Origin: an uncultured Chloroflexia bacterium
Lineage (GTDB): Bacteria > Chloroflexota > Chloroflexia > QHBQ01 > JADMIH01
NCBI GenBank assembly: GCA_963797095.1
Contig: CAWCNY010000003.1
Location: 384,001 to 448,000, forward strand
Reading direction: 5' to 3'
DNA length: 64,000 nt
Shown piece after piece: positions 1-9,849 of the stretch (positions are counted from its first letter, which is position 1; each line of letters begins with the position of its first letter). The notes beneath the pieces are model-generated. The model saw only the letters and a list, made by a program, of their open reading frames with translations. It searched no databases and was not told the origin of the DNA. Made by a program: the position numbers and the translations under genes.

Positions 1-2505
1 CACGTGCTTGTGGACGAGTACCAGGACACAAGCCACTCTCAGTACGTGATGATCAAGATGCTGTCGGGCATCCACAAAAACCTGTGCGTTGTTGGCGATG
101 ATGATCAATGCCTGCCGCCTGGCACGCGAATACTCACGCCCAGAGGGGAAGCCCCAATCGAGCAGATAGCAATTGCGCATGAGGTAGTAGTAGGAGCAGG
201 CAAGGGCAGTGCCTCCACCGGGCACGTATCGGAGGTCAAAGAGCGCCCTTATCGTGGCAAGCTGCTTGAGATAAAGCTAAAGAGCAGGCGAACCTTACGC
301 GCTACCCCCAACCACATGTGCTTCGCCCGTTTCAATCAAAGCCAGATGGCTAAAAATCAGGGGCTAATTCACCTGATGGCATTTGATGGCAACAGTCTGT
401 CGACGCAGACTCCAGGGTTCGAGCATCGTGTTGTGATTGATCCCATAAGCCACGCAAAAGGAGGACAAAGAGCCCTGGATGCATTAGTCTCCGGCACTGG
501 CAATGCATATCCCGAGCCTTCTAGAGAGTCTTATGTCAATCTTGCTGAGGCCATCCAAGTTACGGAGAAACTTACCCAAACAACGGGTCTGGAAGTAGCA
601 CGCTGGGCAACACTTACAGAAGGCGATAAGTTTGCCTTCCATCCGGCCTCACACCTCCACCCAACCATGATAGTACCTGTCTGGCAGGATGGGCGCATTG
701 TTGAAGATGAGATCGCGTCGGTCGAATCCGTTGATTACAGCGGGCCTGTGTATGACCTGAATGTGCCGCAGTTTCACAACTACATCGCTAATGGCATTGT
801 AGTCCACAACTCTATTTACGGCTGGCGGGCGGCTGACATCCGCAACATCCTCGACTTCGAGCGCGACTACCCCGACGCCAAAGTTGTAGTCCTCGGCCAG
901 AACTACCGCTCCACCCAGACCATCCTGAAGGTCGCCGACAAGGTGATCCAGGGCAATACCGAGCGCAAGCCCAAAGATCTCTGGACCGAGAACGACGCGG
1001 GCCTCCCCATCACCCTGTTCGAGGCGTACAACGAGACCGAAGAAGCCCAGTACGTGGCCCGCGAGGTCATGCGCCTGAACGCCCAGGATTACGCCTACAA
1101 AGATATAGCAGTCATGTACCGCACCAACGCTCAATCCCGCGAAATCGAGCAGGCGTGCATGCTCTACCGCGTCCCGTACCAGTTGGTGGGCGGCGTGCGC
1201 TTCTATTCCCGCAAAGAGGTCAAGGACGTGCTGTCGGTGCTGCGCGTGGTCCACAACCCTGCCAGCAACGTAGACTTCTTGCGCATGGTGAACAACACGC
1301 CGCTCGGCAAGGGAATTGGCTCGAAGACCCTCGCCGACCTGGAAGCCTACGCCACCAAGCTGGGCGTTTCTCTCTACGAAGCCATGCACCAGGCCCTAAA
1401 AGAGAGCAAGCGCGGCAAAGATGAGCCTATAGAGCCGGGTGCCCCTGTCTTCACGACCTCCACCGCCCGCTTCGTGCCCCTCCTCGCCAGCGTCGCAGAA
1501 CTGATAGCGTCCAGGGTCGATCTACCTGTGGTGGGCTTGCTCGACCTGCTTCTAGCCAAAACCGGCTACCAGGAATTCCTACAGGACGGCACCGAGGAAG
1601 GCGAAGAACGCTGGCAGAACGTAATGGAGTTGCGCACCGTCGCCGAAAACTACGCCGAGCTATCTGTATCCGAGCAGTTGGCGCGCTTCCTCGAAGATGT
1701 GGCCCTGATGTCAGACGTGGACACCCTCAAAGAAGAGAAGGATGCAGTCACGCTCATCACCCTCCACGCCTCCAAAGGGCTTGAGTTCCCCGTGGTCTTC
1801 ATCGTCGGCATGGACGAGGGCATCCTGCCCCACAGCCGCGCCCTCGAAGCCGAGGAGGCGGGCAAGCTCGACAGCATGGAGGAGGAGCGCAGGCTAGCCT
1901 ACGTTGGCATCACCCGCGCCAAGCAGCGCCTCTACATGGTATACGCCTTCCGCCGCACCCTCTACGGCATGACCCAGGTCAACGGCCCCTCGCGCTTCAT
2001 TGCCGATGTGCCCTCCGAACTAGTGACCGGACGCGATCCGGGCACAGCCTTCAACCCTTCGCGCACCACCCTCAAGCCCAACAGCGTGCCCGAAAAAGGC
2101 TTTACCGCCGAGGACATCCTTGGTGGCAACGTCAGCATCTACGGCAGCGGCAAGTCCTTCGCAAAAAGCGGGCAGGCTCGCCGCCCCGGCACTGACAGAA
2201 TCCAGCCCGGCCTGCGCCCCTCCTCCTACCGCACCGAGAAGCGCCGGGAAGAGCGTCGCGATGAGCGCAGCACCCGCCTCAACATCACATCTGCCTCCGA
2301 CCTGCGCGACCGAAAGCAAGGCAACGCCACAAGCGCACCGTCCAACGGCTTCAAGGTGGGCGACCGGGTACAACACCCCACCTTCGGCGAAGGCCAGATT
2401 TTGCAGGTCAAAGAGAGCGGCCCAGATCAAGAGTTGACTGTGATGTTCAAGAGCCACGGCACCAAGCGTTTGCTCGCCAGTATGGCGCGCCTGGAGAAGA
2501 TTTAA
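1..2505 (+). CDS. pcrA: ATP-dependent DNA helicase PcrA/UvrD, 5'-truncated by the window, containing an intein
   Basis: Motifs VDEYQD (Walker B), GDDDQ|SIYGWR, QNYRS, YRTNAQSR, TLHASKGLEF, EERRLAYVGITRA and a C-terminal Tudor-like tail (VQHPTFGEG). Confidence 0.95.
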   Translation, partial: HVLVDEYQDTSHSQYVMIKMLSGIHKNLCVVGDDDQCLPPGTRILTPRGEAPIEQIAIAHEVVVGAGKGSASTGHVSEVKERPYRGKLLEIKLKSRRTLRATPNHMCFARFNQSQMAKNQGLIHLMAFDGNSLSTQTPGFEHRVVIDPISHAKGGQRALDALVSGTGNAYPEPSRESYVNLAEAIQVTEKLTQTTGLEVARWATLTEGDKFAFHPASHLHPTMIVPVWQDGRIVEDEIASVESVDYSGPVYDLNVPQFHNYIANGIVVHNSIYGWRAADIRNILDFERDYPDAKVVVLGQNYRSTQTILKVADKVIQGNTERKPKDLWTENDAGLPITLFEAYNETEEAQYVAREVMRLNAQDYAYKDIAVMYRTNAQSREIEQACMLYRVPYQLVGGVRFYSRKEVKDVLSVLRVVHNPASNVDFLRMVNNTPLGKGIGSKTLADLEAYATKLGVSLYEAMHQALKESKRGKDEPIEPGAPVFTTSTARFVPLLASVAELIASRVDLPVVGLLDLLLAKTGYQEFLQDGTEEGEERWQNVMELRTVAENYAELSVSEQLARFLEDVALMSDVDTLKEEKDAVTLITLHASKGLEFPVVFIVGMDEGILPHSRALEAEEAGKLDSMEEERRLAYVGITRAKQRLYMVYAFRRTLYGMTQVNGPSRFIADVPSELVTGRDPGTAFNPSRTTLKPNSVPEKGFTAEDILGGNVSIYGSGKSFAKSGQARRPGTDRIQPGLRPSSYRTEKRREERRDERSTRLNITSASDLRDRKQGNATSAPSNGFKVGDRVQHPTFGEGQILQVKESGPDQELTVMFKSHGTKRLLASMARLEKI
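109..810 (+). other. Intein (234 aa) in PcrA motif III
   Basis: Begins CLPPGTRI, has block B TPNH, ends VYDLNV...VVHN followed by Ser; removing it restores GDDDQSIYGWR. Confidence 0.93.
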
Positions 2506-2589
2506 GCAACTTATCCTTCTCCCGGATCGTCATAAGGATGCGGGGCACATCCGTTGTGGCTGGTCGCCCTGCGGGAAAGGAGAGTTACA

Positions 2590-3594
2590 ATGCACAAACA
2601 TCTTCCCAAAAGATTCGCTTCACTGGTGGCGCTGCTGGTTTTCGCCTCGATGATCGGTGCGCCCGCCCGTGCATCATACGCGCAAAGCAACTGCCGGACC
2701 TTCAACGAAACAGGCAAGACTGTTTGCGACAAGTTCCTCGACTACTGGAACCGGCATGGCGGCCTGCGCCAGCAGGGCTATCCGATCTCCAACGAATTCC
2801 AGGAAGTATCCGATACTGACGGCAAAATCTACACTGTCCAGTATTTCGAGCGCGCCGTATTCGAGCTACACCCTGAGAACCCACCGCCCTACGACGTGCT
2901 CCTCTCCCTGCTGGGCACAATCACCATGCAGCAGAAATATCCCGGTGGCCCGCCCGCCCCGCCCACTGCCGTCAACCCACAGGTAGGGCAGTATTTCCCC
3001 GAAACGGACCAGTGGGTCAGCGGCGAGTTCCTCGACTACTGGAAGGCCAATGGCGGCCTCGCCCAGCAAGGCTACCCTATCTCGCAGCGCTTCCCCGAAA
3101 AGAGCGACCTCGACGGCAAGACCTACACCGTCCAGTATTTTGAACGCGCAGTATTCGAGCTACACCCCGAAAACGATCCGGGCAATCAGGTCTTGCTCAC
3201 GCAGTTGGGCACCGAGCAATACAAGAAGAAGTACCCCAACGGGGAGCCGCCACCGGGAGCCCCTACCCCTCTGCAAACGGGGCGGTGGGGCAATGAGGGC
3301 GTGACCATGGATGTGTCGGCAGACAGCGCCTTCCTTGAGTTCGACTGCGCCCACGCCAACATACCGGTCGCGCTGGTGGCGCATGGAGGCCAGGTGGATG
3401 TGGAGGGCACTTTCGTGCAGGAGCACGGCGGACCAGTTGTGGACGACAACGACAACCCGCAGCCCGCACGCTTCACAGGCACCCTCAAAGGCGATACCCT
3501 GACCTTGACGATCACCTACACCGCAGACAACTCAACCGTAGGCACATTCACGCTGATCTACGGCAATGAGGGCAGGCTGCGCAAGTGCCTGTAA
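2590..3594 (+). CDS. Secreted protein with two Chloroflexota YFERAVFE repeats and a C-terminal beta domain
   Basis: Signal peptide; two GG..QQGYPIS..QYFERAVFELHPEN repeats; RBS AAGGAG before ATG 2590. Confidence 0.85.
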   Translation: MHKHLPKRFASLVALLVFASMIGAPARASYAQSNCRTFNETGKTVCDKFLDYWNRHGGLRQQGYPISNEFQEVSDTDGKIYTVQYFERAVFELHPENPPPYDVLLSLLGTITMQQKYPGGPPAPPTAVNPQVGQYFPETDQWVSGEFLDYWKANGGLAQQGYPISQRFPEKSDLDGKTYTVQYFERAVFELHPENDPGNQVLLTQLGTEQYKKKYPNGEPPPGAPTPLQTGRWGNEGVTMDVSADSAFLEFDCAHANIPVALVAHGGQVDVEGTFVQEHGGPVVDDNDNPQPARFTGTLKGDTLTLTITYTADNSTVGTFTLIYGNEGRLRKCL

Positions 3595-3596
3595 AT

Positions 3597-3662
3597 AACG
3601 AGTGGCGAGTGGCGAGTGGCGAGTGATTATGCAGTACGCAGTACGCAATACTCACTCGTCAC
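3597..3662. repeat. Heptamer repeat cassette (GGCGAGT)n-(TACGCAR)n-ACTCGTC between convergent genes
   Basis: Read directly from the sequence. Confidence 0.85.
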
Positions 3663-5596
3663 AACCCCTCAATCTCCACAGGCTCTACTGGCTCCGCCAA
3701 CTCGAAGCCCAGTATCCTGGAGTAGAAGTACAACTCGGCATCAATTGAACGCATGATGTTGGCGGCCTGGCGGAAGCCGTGCCCCTCTCCCTCAAACTCT
3801 ATGTAGGCCACCGGCACCCCCTTCTTCCTGAGGGCCTCCACCATCATTTGCGATTGGGCGGGCGGCACCACCAGGTCGTCCAGCCCCTGGAAGAAGATAA
3901 TCGGACAGTGCAGACGCTCGGTGTGGTACAGGGCCGACCTCTCAATATAAAGGTCGCGCATTTGGGGATAAGGGCCGACCATGCTGTTGTTGTAGCGCGA
4001 CTCGAACTTGTGCGTATCCTTCTCCAGCGCCTCCAGGTCGCCTATCCCATAGTAGCTTGCCCCCACCTGGAACGCGTCGCGGAAAGTGAGCGCGCATAGC
4101 GTCGTGAACCCGCCCGCGCTCCCTCCTCTGATCGCCAGCCTGTTGCCATCCGCCAGCCCGTGCCTCACCAGATACAGAGCGCCGTTCACACAATCGTCCA
4201 CATCCACCACGCCCCATTGGCCGTTCAACCGCTGCCTGTATTCGCGCCCGTAACCTGTGCTCCCCCCGTAATTCACGTCCAGCACCGCGATCCCTCGCGT
4301 GGTCCAGTACTGGATTTTGAAGCTCAGGCTTGGCGAAGTTGACGAGGTAGGCCCGCCGTGGCTCATCACCAGCAGCGGTGGCTTCTCCCCCTCCGGCGCT
4401 GTGAAGTCGGGGTTGGTCGGCGGGTAGTAGAATCCATAAGCTGTTCGCCCGCCCTCGGTCGGGAACTCCACTGGCTGCGCCACCGATATATAGCCGGGGT
4501 CGATATCGACCGTCCCGGCCCGCTTCAAGACCTCGGTCTGCCCGCTCTCCACATCCAGCCGCACCAGCGCGGTTTCGTCGCTGCTCGATCCCGCTATTAA
4601 CACTGCATAGCCTGGCATCGCCCACACCTGCGTGAAATCCACAAACGGCAGTTCCAGGTCTGTAAGTTGAGAGGTGCGCGCATCGAGCAGTCCAAGCCTC
4701 CACCCATCCTTCTGCCCGTAGGCGCACACGATCCGGTTGGCCGACTCGAACGCATACAGCGAGTTGCCGAACTGCCACATCGGCGCGCCGAACTCGGCCT
4801 CCGTCGGGTGAACCGCCTCCGCGCTCCCATCTCGCCACCGGTAGATATTCCACCAGCCCGTTTCCTCTCCAACAAAGTAGAGCGTGCCGTCTGGCGACCA
4901 CACCGGCTGGCAAACCAACTCGGTCGGCCCACCCGCGATCTTCAGGCGATTGGTCACGCGCCCATCTTCATCGAAATCTCCAACCCACAACTCGCACCCA
5001 TCCCACGGCATGTTAGGGTGGTTCCACTGAAGCCAGGCCAATCGCGAGCCATCAGGGCTGGTGCGCGGCGCTGAGTAAAAGTCGCAACCCTCCACAAGCA
5101 CAGCCCCACCTTCGGAATCTTGGTCAGAGTTTACGGCCACTATAGTATTCACAGCCTCGCGGCCCACAACGGTGTGGTCCTCGCGCACGCATACCAGCCT
5201 GTTCCTCGCCTTGTCCATCCTGGCGTCGGCATACCGCAATTGGGCTTCGGGGGTGATCGGCCTCGGCTCCCCGACCCCGCGCTCCAGCCTGTAGACCCGT
5301 TGGTCGGTAAAGTTGGAGAAGAAGAGCGTCCCATCCGAAACGGTGAAGGAGATACCCCCGTACTCATGTACTCGACTACGGGCGTTCCACGGCGCGGGCA
5401 GTAGCTCCTCAGACTCGCCGCCCGGCACCGATCGCATCACCGTCTGACGCCCCCGCTCCTGCGGCCTCCCCTCGCTCCAGTAGATATCCTTGCCGTCGAT
5501 CCACACATGCGCAAGCCCTACCCGGTCGGCCACCAGCATTTGCGACGAAACAGGCGATTTCCAGGATCCATAGGGCGCGACTTTCACGTTTGCCAT
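3659..5596 (-). CDS. S9 family prolyl oligopeptidase / acylaminoacyl peptidase
   Basis: Propeller N-terminus; HGGP, GGSAGG nucleophile, DLVV Asp and EGHGF His. Confidence 0.93.
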   Translation of the reverse strand: MANVKVAPYGSWKSPVSSQMLVADRVGLAHVWIDGKDIYWSEGRPQERGRQTVMRSVPGGESEELLPAPWNARSRVHEYGGISFTVSDGTLFFSNFTDQRVYRLERGVGEPRPITPEAQLRYADARMDKARNRLVCVREDHTVVGREAVNTIVAVNSDQDSEGGAVLVEGCDFYSAPRTSPDGSRLAWLQWNHPNMPWDGCELWVGDFDEDGRVTNRLKIAGGPTELVCQPVWSPDGTLYFVGEETGWWNIYRWRDGSAEAVHPTEAEFGAPMWQFGNSLYAFESANRIVCAYGQKDGWRLGLLDARTSQLTDLELPFVDFTQVWAMPGYAVLIAGSSSDETALVRLDVESGQTEVLKRAGTVDIDPGYISVAQPVEFPTEGGRTAYGFYYPPTNPDFTAPEGEKPPLLVMSHGGPTSSTSPSLSFKIQYWTTRGIAVLDVNYGGSTGYGREYRQRLNGQWGVVDVDDCVNGALYLVRHGLADGNRLAIRGGSAGGFTTLCALTFRDAFQVGASYYGIGDLEALEKDTHKFESRYNNSMVGPYPQMRDLYIERSALYHTERLHCPIIFFQGLDDLVVPPAQSQMMVEALRKKGVPVAYIEFEGEGHGFRQAANIMRSIDAELYFYSRILGFELAEPVEPVEIEGL

Positions 5597-5675
5597 CCTT
5601 TCCTAACCTCCAAACACAACCTTGTCGTAACTGAGATCCAATGGCCCGCCTCCTCCGACCACCGACTACTGTTCG

Positions 5676-7574
5676 TCACTGCCCTCCATACCGCCAGTCG
5701 TAATAGTGCCTCCCAACGTTCCCGAACTGCACCTGGAATCCTTCAGGAGCCTGCGGGTCGTATGTCACGGTGCGGCGCTCGAACACCTGCATCAGCACGT
5801 TGTGTGACTCGCCCCCAACCTGCACCGTAGCCCAGTAAGCCTCCGAGATCGGGTAGCCTGCGATATAGATCCAATCCCAGGTCTGCGACTTGAACCAGTT
5901 CAGGAACACATCTGGCACATTATGTCCCGTTTCGGGCAAATACGCGCCTACCGTCACGGTCGCGCCCAGGTCGGCGTTCTGCCCCACGGTGCCATCCCTG
6001 GCGAGGGTTGCATCCACGGGTTGCCCTGTCCTGTCCTCCGCTTTCGCCGCGTCGGTCCCCGCGCCCAACGAGTTGAACGTGGCGTAGGTAGGCGCATTGG
6101 CATCGTCAATATCGCCCGCCACCGGCACTTCGGCGGGCGTTCTCGCCTCGGACGCCGTCTGGCCCGTCGAGATCCGCCCCGTCACCATATCGCGCGCCAG
6201 CGCGCCGGGCACTACCACGAAGCGCGAAGGCTGGGGCGGGTTGGCAACTGGCAGGTCCATCCTCCCCTTGTCGAAGTACACCACCTGCTGCTGGCCGTCC
6301 TGCCCCTCGGCATAAGGCTCGGTCCCCGAGTAGATCGCGGTCGGCCCCCACAGATATGGCCGCTGAGCCGTACCGTTCGCCACAGGCAGGTCGGCCACGC
6401 GCCACTGGTACCAGAAGCCCGCGTCGGGCAATTGCAGGCGCGGCTTCGGCTGCCAGTTGGCGTTGAACCCGTCCACGATCTTCTCGCCACCCGACCCGTC
6501 CGTACGCACCAACCACGACTCGTGTGTATAGAGGAGGCTGCCGTCCTTCTGCCTGGTGGTGCGCGACACGCGCACAAGCATCGTCTTGGAATCCGCCGAG
6601 AAGAATGGAGGACCATAGTCGGTCACTTCGCCCTTGTAGGCTATGCTGTGGGGGTGCGACAGGATGATCTTGGCGTTCTCCCCATTGAAATCGGCCAGGA
6701 ACAGGCGCTGCCCATCGCTGCCCGCGCTATTGATCGCGTAGGCCACCTTGTTGATCCCCGTGGACCACGACACGCCCGCCCGCGCGATTGCCGTCTGCTT
6801 GACCGACTTTGCCACGCTCACGAACTGCCCGTTGGTCAGGTCGAGCACGCCGTACTCGATGCCGTCCGTGACCGCCAGGTAGCGCCCGCCCGGTGCCCAC
6901 CCGCCCGCGATCACGAACCAGTTGCGCGGCTCCCCAGGCAGGGCTTCCACGCCTACCGGCGAGCCGACCCCTCCCGCCACCTGCAGGATGCGCCCAGGCC
7001 ACCCGGCGGCTATGCGCGTGCCATCGGGCGACCACGCCACCGCCGCTGCCCCCGGCGGCAGTGAGGGGATATCCTCGCCACCCGGCACCAGCCACGAATC
7101 GCCGCCGCCTGACGGGATGATGTGCAGATTCCCCTTCGCTATCGGCGTGCCGTAGTTCGAGCTATCAACATAAGCGATGAAGTGCCCATCCGGCGACCAG
7201 AACGGCGGCGATGCCACACCCGTTGCCAGCATCTTGAGGTCCGAGCCGTCGGGGTTGACGGTGTAAAGTTCGGTGCGCTCGGTGGTCACGGCCAGCTTTT
7301 TGCCGTCGGGCGACCACGAAGCAAACCACACCCGCAACCCCTGCGTGACCTGCCGCTTGTCGGTGCCATCCAGGCGCATTACATAGAGATCACGCGCACG
7401 ATCAGGCAGGGAGTCGTCGGCATAAGAGAAGAAGTCGGGGGGAGATGTCGCGGCGGGAGGTTGCGTCTGCGCCGCTACAGTGGTGGCATGGAAGGCCGGT
7501 GCCGACAACAACACCAGGGAAACGAACACAAGCAAAAGCCGCGCAATGCGCTTCGGGAGGAGGTTAGCTGACAT
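5676..7574 (-). CDS. Secreted TolB-like (PD40) beta-propeller protein with C-terminal Chloroflexota surface domain
   Basis: Signal peptide; repeated WSPDG motifs; C-terminal YFDKGRM...GYPISEAYW...FERR...GNVGRHYYDWRY. Confidence 0.8.
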   Translation of the reverse strand: MSANLLPKRIARLLLVFVSLVLLSAPAFHATTVAAQTQPPAATSPPDFFSYADDSLPDRARDLYVMRLDGTDKRQVTQGLRVWFASWSPDGKKLAVTTERTELYTVNPDGSDLKMLATGVASPPFWSPDGHFIAYVDSSNYGTPIAKGNLHIIPSGGGDSWLVPGGEDIPSLPPGAAAVAWSPDGTRIAAGWPGRILQVAGGVGSPVGVEALPGEPRNWFVIAGGWAPGGRYLAVTDGIEYGVLDLTNGQFVSVAKSVKQTAIARAGVSWSTGINKVAYAINSAGSDGQRLFLADFNGENAKIILSHPHSIAYKGEVTDYGPPFFSADSKTMLVRVSRTTRQKDGSLLYTHESWLVRTDGSGGEKIVDGFNANWQPKPRLQLPDAGFWYQWRVADLPVANGTAQRPYLWGPTAIYSGTEPYAEGQDGQQQVVYFDKGRMDLPVANPPQPSRFVVVPGALARDMVTGRISTGQTASEARTPAEVPVAGDIDDANAPTYATFNSLGAGTDAAKAEDRTGQPVDATLARDGTVGQNADLGATVTVGAYLPETGHNVPDVFLNWFKSQTWDWIYIAGYPISEAYWATVQVGGESHNVLMQVFERRTVTYDPQAPEGFQVQFGNVGRHYYDWRYGGQ

Positions 7575-7645
7575 CAAGGTTCTCCTAACTCATGATCTGG
7601 GGGAAAGGTCCGGAAAAGGACAGGAGATTATAACACACATCCCCG

Positions 7646-7687
7646 TACAGACAGGAGCAGGGACGACCTCTAAGATCGTCCCTGCTC
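7646..7687. terminator. Stem-loop just downstream of the 7710-9678 gene
   Basis: GAGCAGGGACGA / TCGTCCCTGCTC inverted repeat; bounds approximate. Confidence 0.55.
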
Positions 7688-7709
7688 ACCCCTCGACGTG
7701 TGTGTTCCT

Positions 7710-9678
7710 CTATTGCCTGGCGTAGATGAAACTTTGCTCCGTACCGTTACTGTCGTTCCTGACCACAAGTTGCAACCTATTGCCCCGAGAGTTATCGAGG
7801 CTGATAGTGATCGAAGTCGCAGGCAATGAAGGGTGGGTAAAGGTCAGAGGCTCGCCGTCAAACGTGGTATTCAACGTGAGGATGGGAGTTGGGCACGGCA
7901 CCCCACTGCACGAGTCGAAGAGGTCCATATTCAGGGCATCGCCCTGTGCTGCTATCTGGAGCTTCAGGATGCCCCGAGGCTCCGGATCGGCGGCGACTTG
8001 CAACCAGGTGCCGGCGTAGTTGGCCGCTACGACCTTATGGAATCTGAGCTCCTGGTTGCCATCAAAGACGACCGCCAGCCTGTTCTCCGCCGCGTTGTTG
8101 AGCGCGATTCTGAACTGGTGGCCGTCAATTGTGATGTCGAACGGCTCGTTATTATATGCGGCGACGGCAGGCGGGCGGGGGGCACAGGCTCGCGCCGCAC
8201 GACTGGAACCATGTGACTCTGAGATTGGCAACATCCGGCTCGATCCAGAGCTTGCCCACGCTGCCGACCGTGTTATCATCGTTGAGCCATGTCCCGGCGT
8301 AGTCAGCGGGCCTGGCCAGGTGGAACGTGAGGTTCTGGCTGCCCCTGAACAACACGAACAGCTTGGGCGGCACATCGGCCACCAACGTCATGCTGAAACT
8401 GAACCCATTCAGCGTCACATTGAGGGGCACCCCGCTGAATGCGACGGTTCGCTGCTGGTTGCCGCACAGGCCGGTGCTACACGGGCTGAACCATTGCACG
8501 GTCAGGTTGTTATTGGCCGCCAGCTTGATCCATATCTTGCCGACGGTAGTTGTGCTTGCATCGTCGTTCACCCAGGTGCCTACAAAGCTGCGCGGGTCGG
8601 GCTGGATAATGTTGATAGTAGGCGTGGGAGAAGGTTGCGGCTGGCCTGTGGTGGGCGTGGCGGTTGGCTGCTGGGGCTGAGGCTGCGGCGGTGTGCCGGT
8701 CGGTGGCGCGGCGGTCGGCACAGGTGCTGTGGGCGGAGGAAGCGCACCTCCATACCGCCAGTCGTAATAGTGCTGCCCGATATTGCCCATCTGCACCCTG
8801 AACGCTGCGGGAAAGCTCGGCACATAAGTGACCACGCGCCGCTCGAACGCCTGGATCATCACATCCACGTTCGGCACATTGGCTATTTTCACCTTTGCCC
8901 AGTACGGTTCCGAGATCGGCAGCCCCGTCGCATAGAACCAGGGGTCCGATAGGCGGGCGTTGACGTTGCGGCCCGTAACAGGGTCGTACACTGGGCCTGT
9001 CTGGTTCAGGAAATCCCAGATTACCTTCGGGATGTTGTGCCCGGTGCTCGGCTCATAAAAGAGCATCTGGGTTCCTGGGTCTGCCGCCTTGCCGGGGTCT
9101 ACGCCCGTCTGTCCGTCCTTGTTGATAGTATCGGTGGCAAACTGACCGCCCCTGTTGTTGGCCCGATGGTCGCCAAGGGGAGTGTTGCTCACGCCCTGGA
9201 AGCTGACGTAGGTGGGGGCGTTGGGGTCGTCGGTGTCGGAAGCGAGAGGGATGTCGGCGGGAGGGCGATCTTCATAGCTGGAATTGCCGACCTGCATTTT
9301 GCCTGAGATAAGTTCGACCGTCAGCAGGCCGTTGGTCACGAAGAATGGGTTGCTCTGGTCCCCGTTGGGGTCGTTGATCTCCATGCGGCTCTTGTCGAAG
9401 TATTGGACAAGACGCTTGCCATCGACACCTTCAGCGTAGTCTTCGAGCAGCCCACCAGTGTTGGGAGCGGGCCCCCAGTAGTAGGAGCGCTGCACCTCCC
9501 CCGACGAGACCGGCAGGTCGGTGCGCTCCCAGGTGCGGAGGAACGCGGGGTGCGCGTAACCCGCCGCCTGGGCAGGCGCATCGAGCGTGCGCGCCACGAC
9601 CCCACCTGAGGTCGGCAGGGCCGCGCTCACTATTGCCAACAGCGCCAATAATGAAAGAGCTCGTCGCTGGCCTCGCAT
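7710..9678 (-). pseudogene. Secreted surface protein, paralog of 9850-11760, frameshifted by one extra base near 8177-8182
   Basis: ORFs 8152..9678 and 7710..8375 join into one domain series; 25 nt instead of 24 between the conserved Cys and Tyr of repeat 2, spanning a G6 run. Confidence 0.75.
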
Positions 9679-9849
9679 CGCTTTGCTCCATTCTCAGGCT
9701 CACAGGCAGATCTGCCTGTGAGGCGAGCAATAACCAACACTGTGGCACGATGTAGTGCTTGGCGCGTGCTGACTCTACTTCATCGTTTTGCAGCCGGCGG
9801 GGAGAATCCTACATAGGATTGTCCCCGGCAGCCACTATGCTCTAAATCC

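Noticed and set aside
5922-7064. Long antisense ORFs (also 9853..10890, 15736..16779, 16914..18179)
   Set aside because: Shadow frames of GC-rich genes on the opposite strand, with no motifs.
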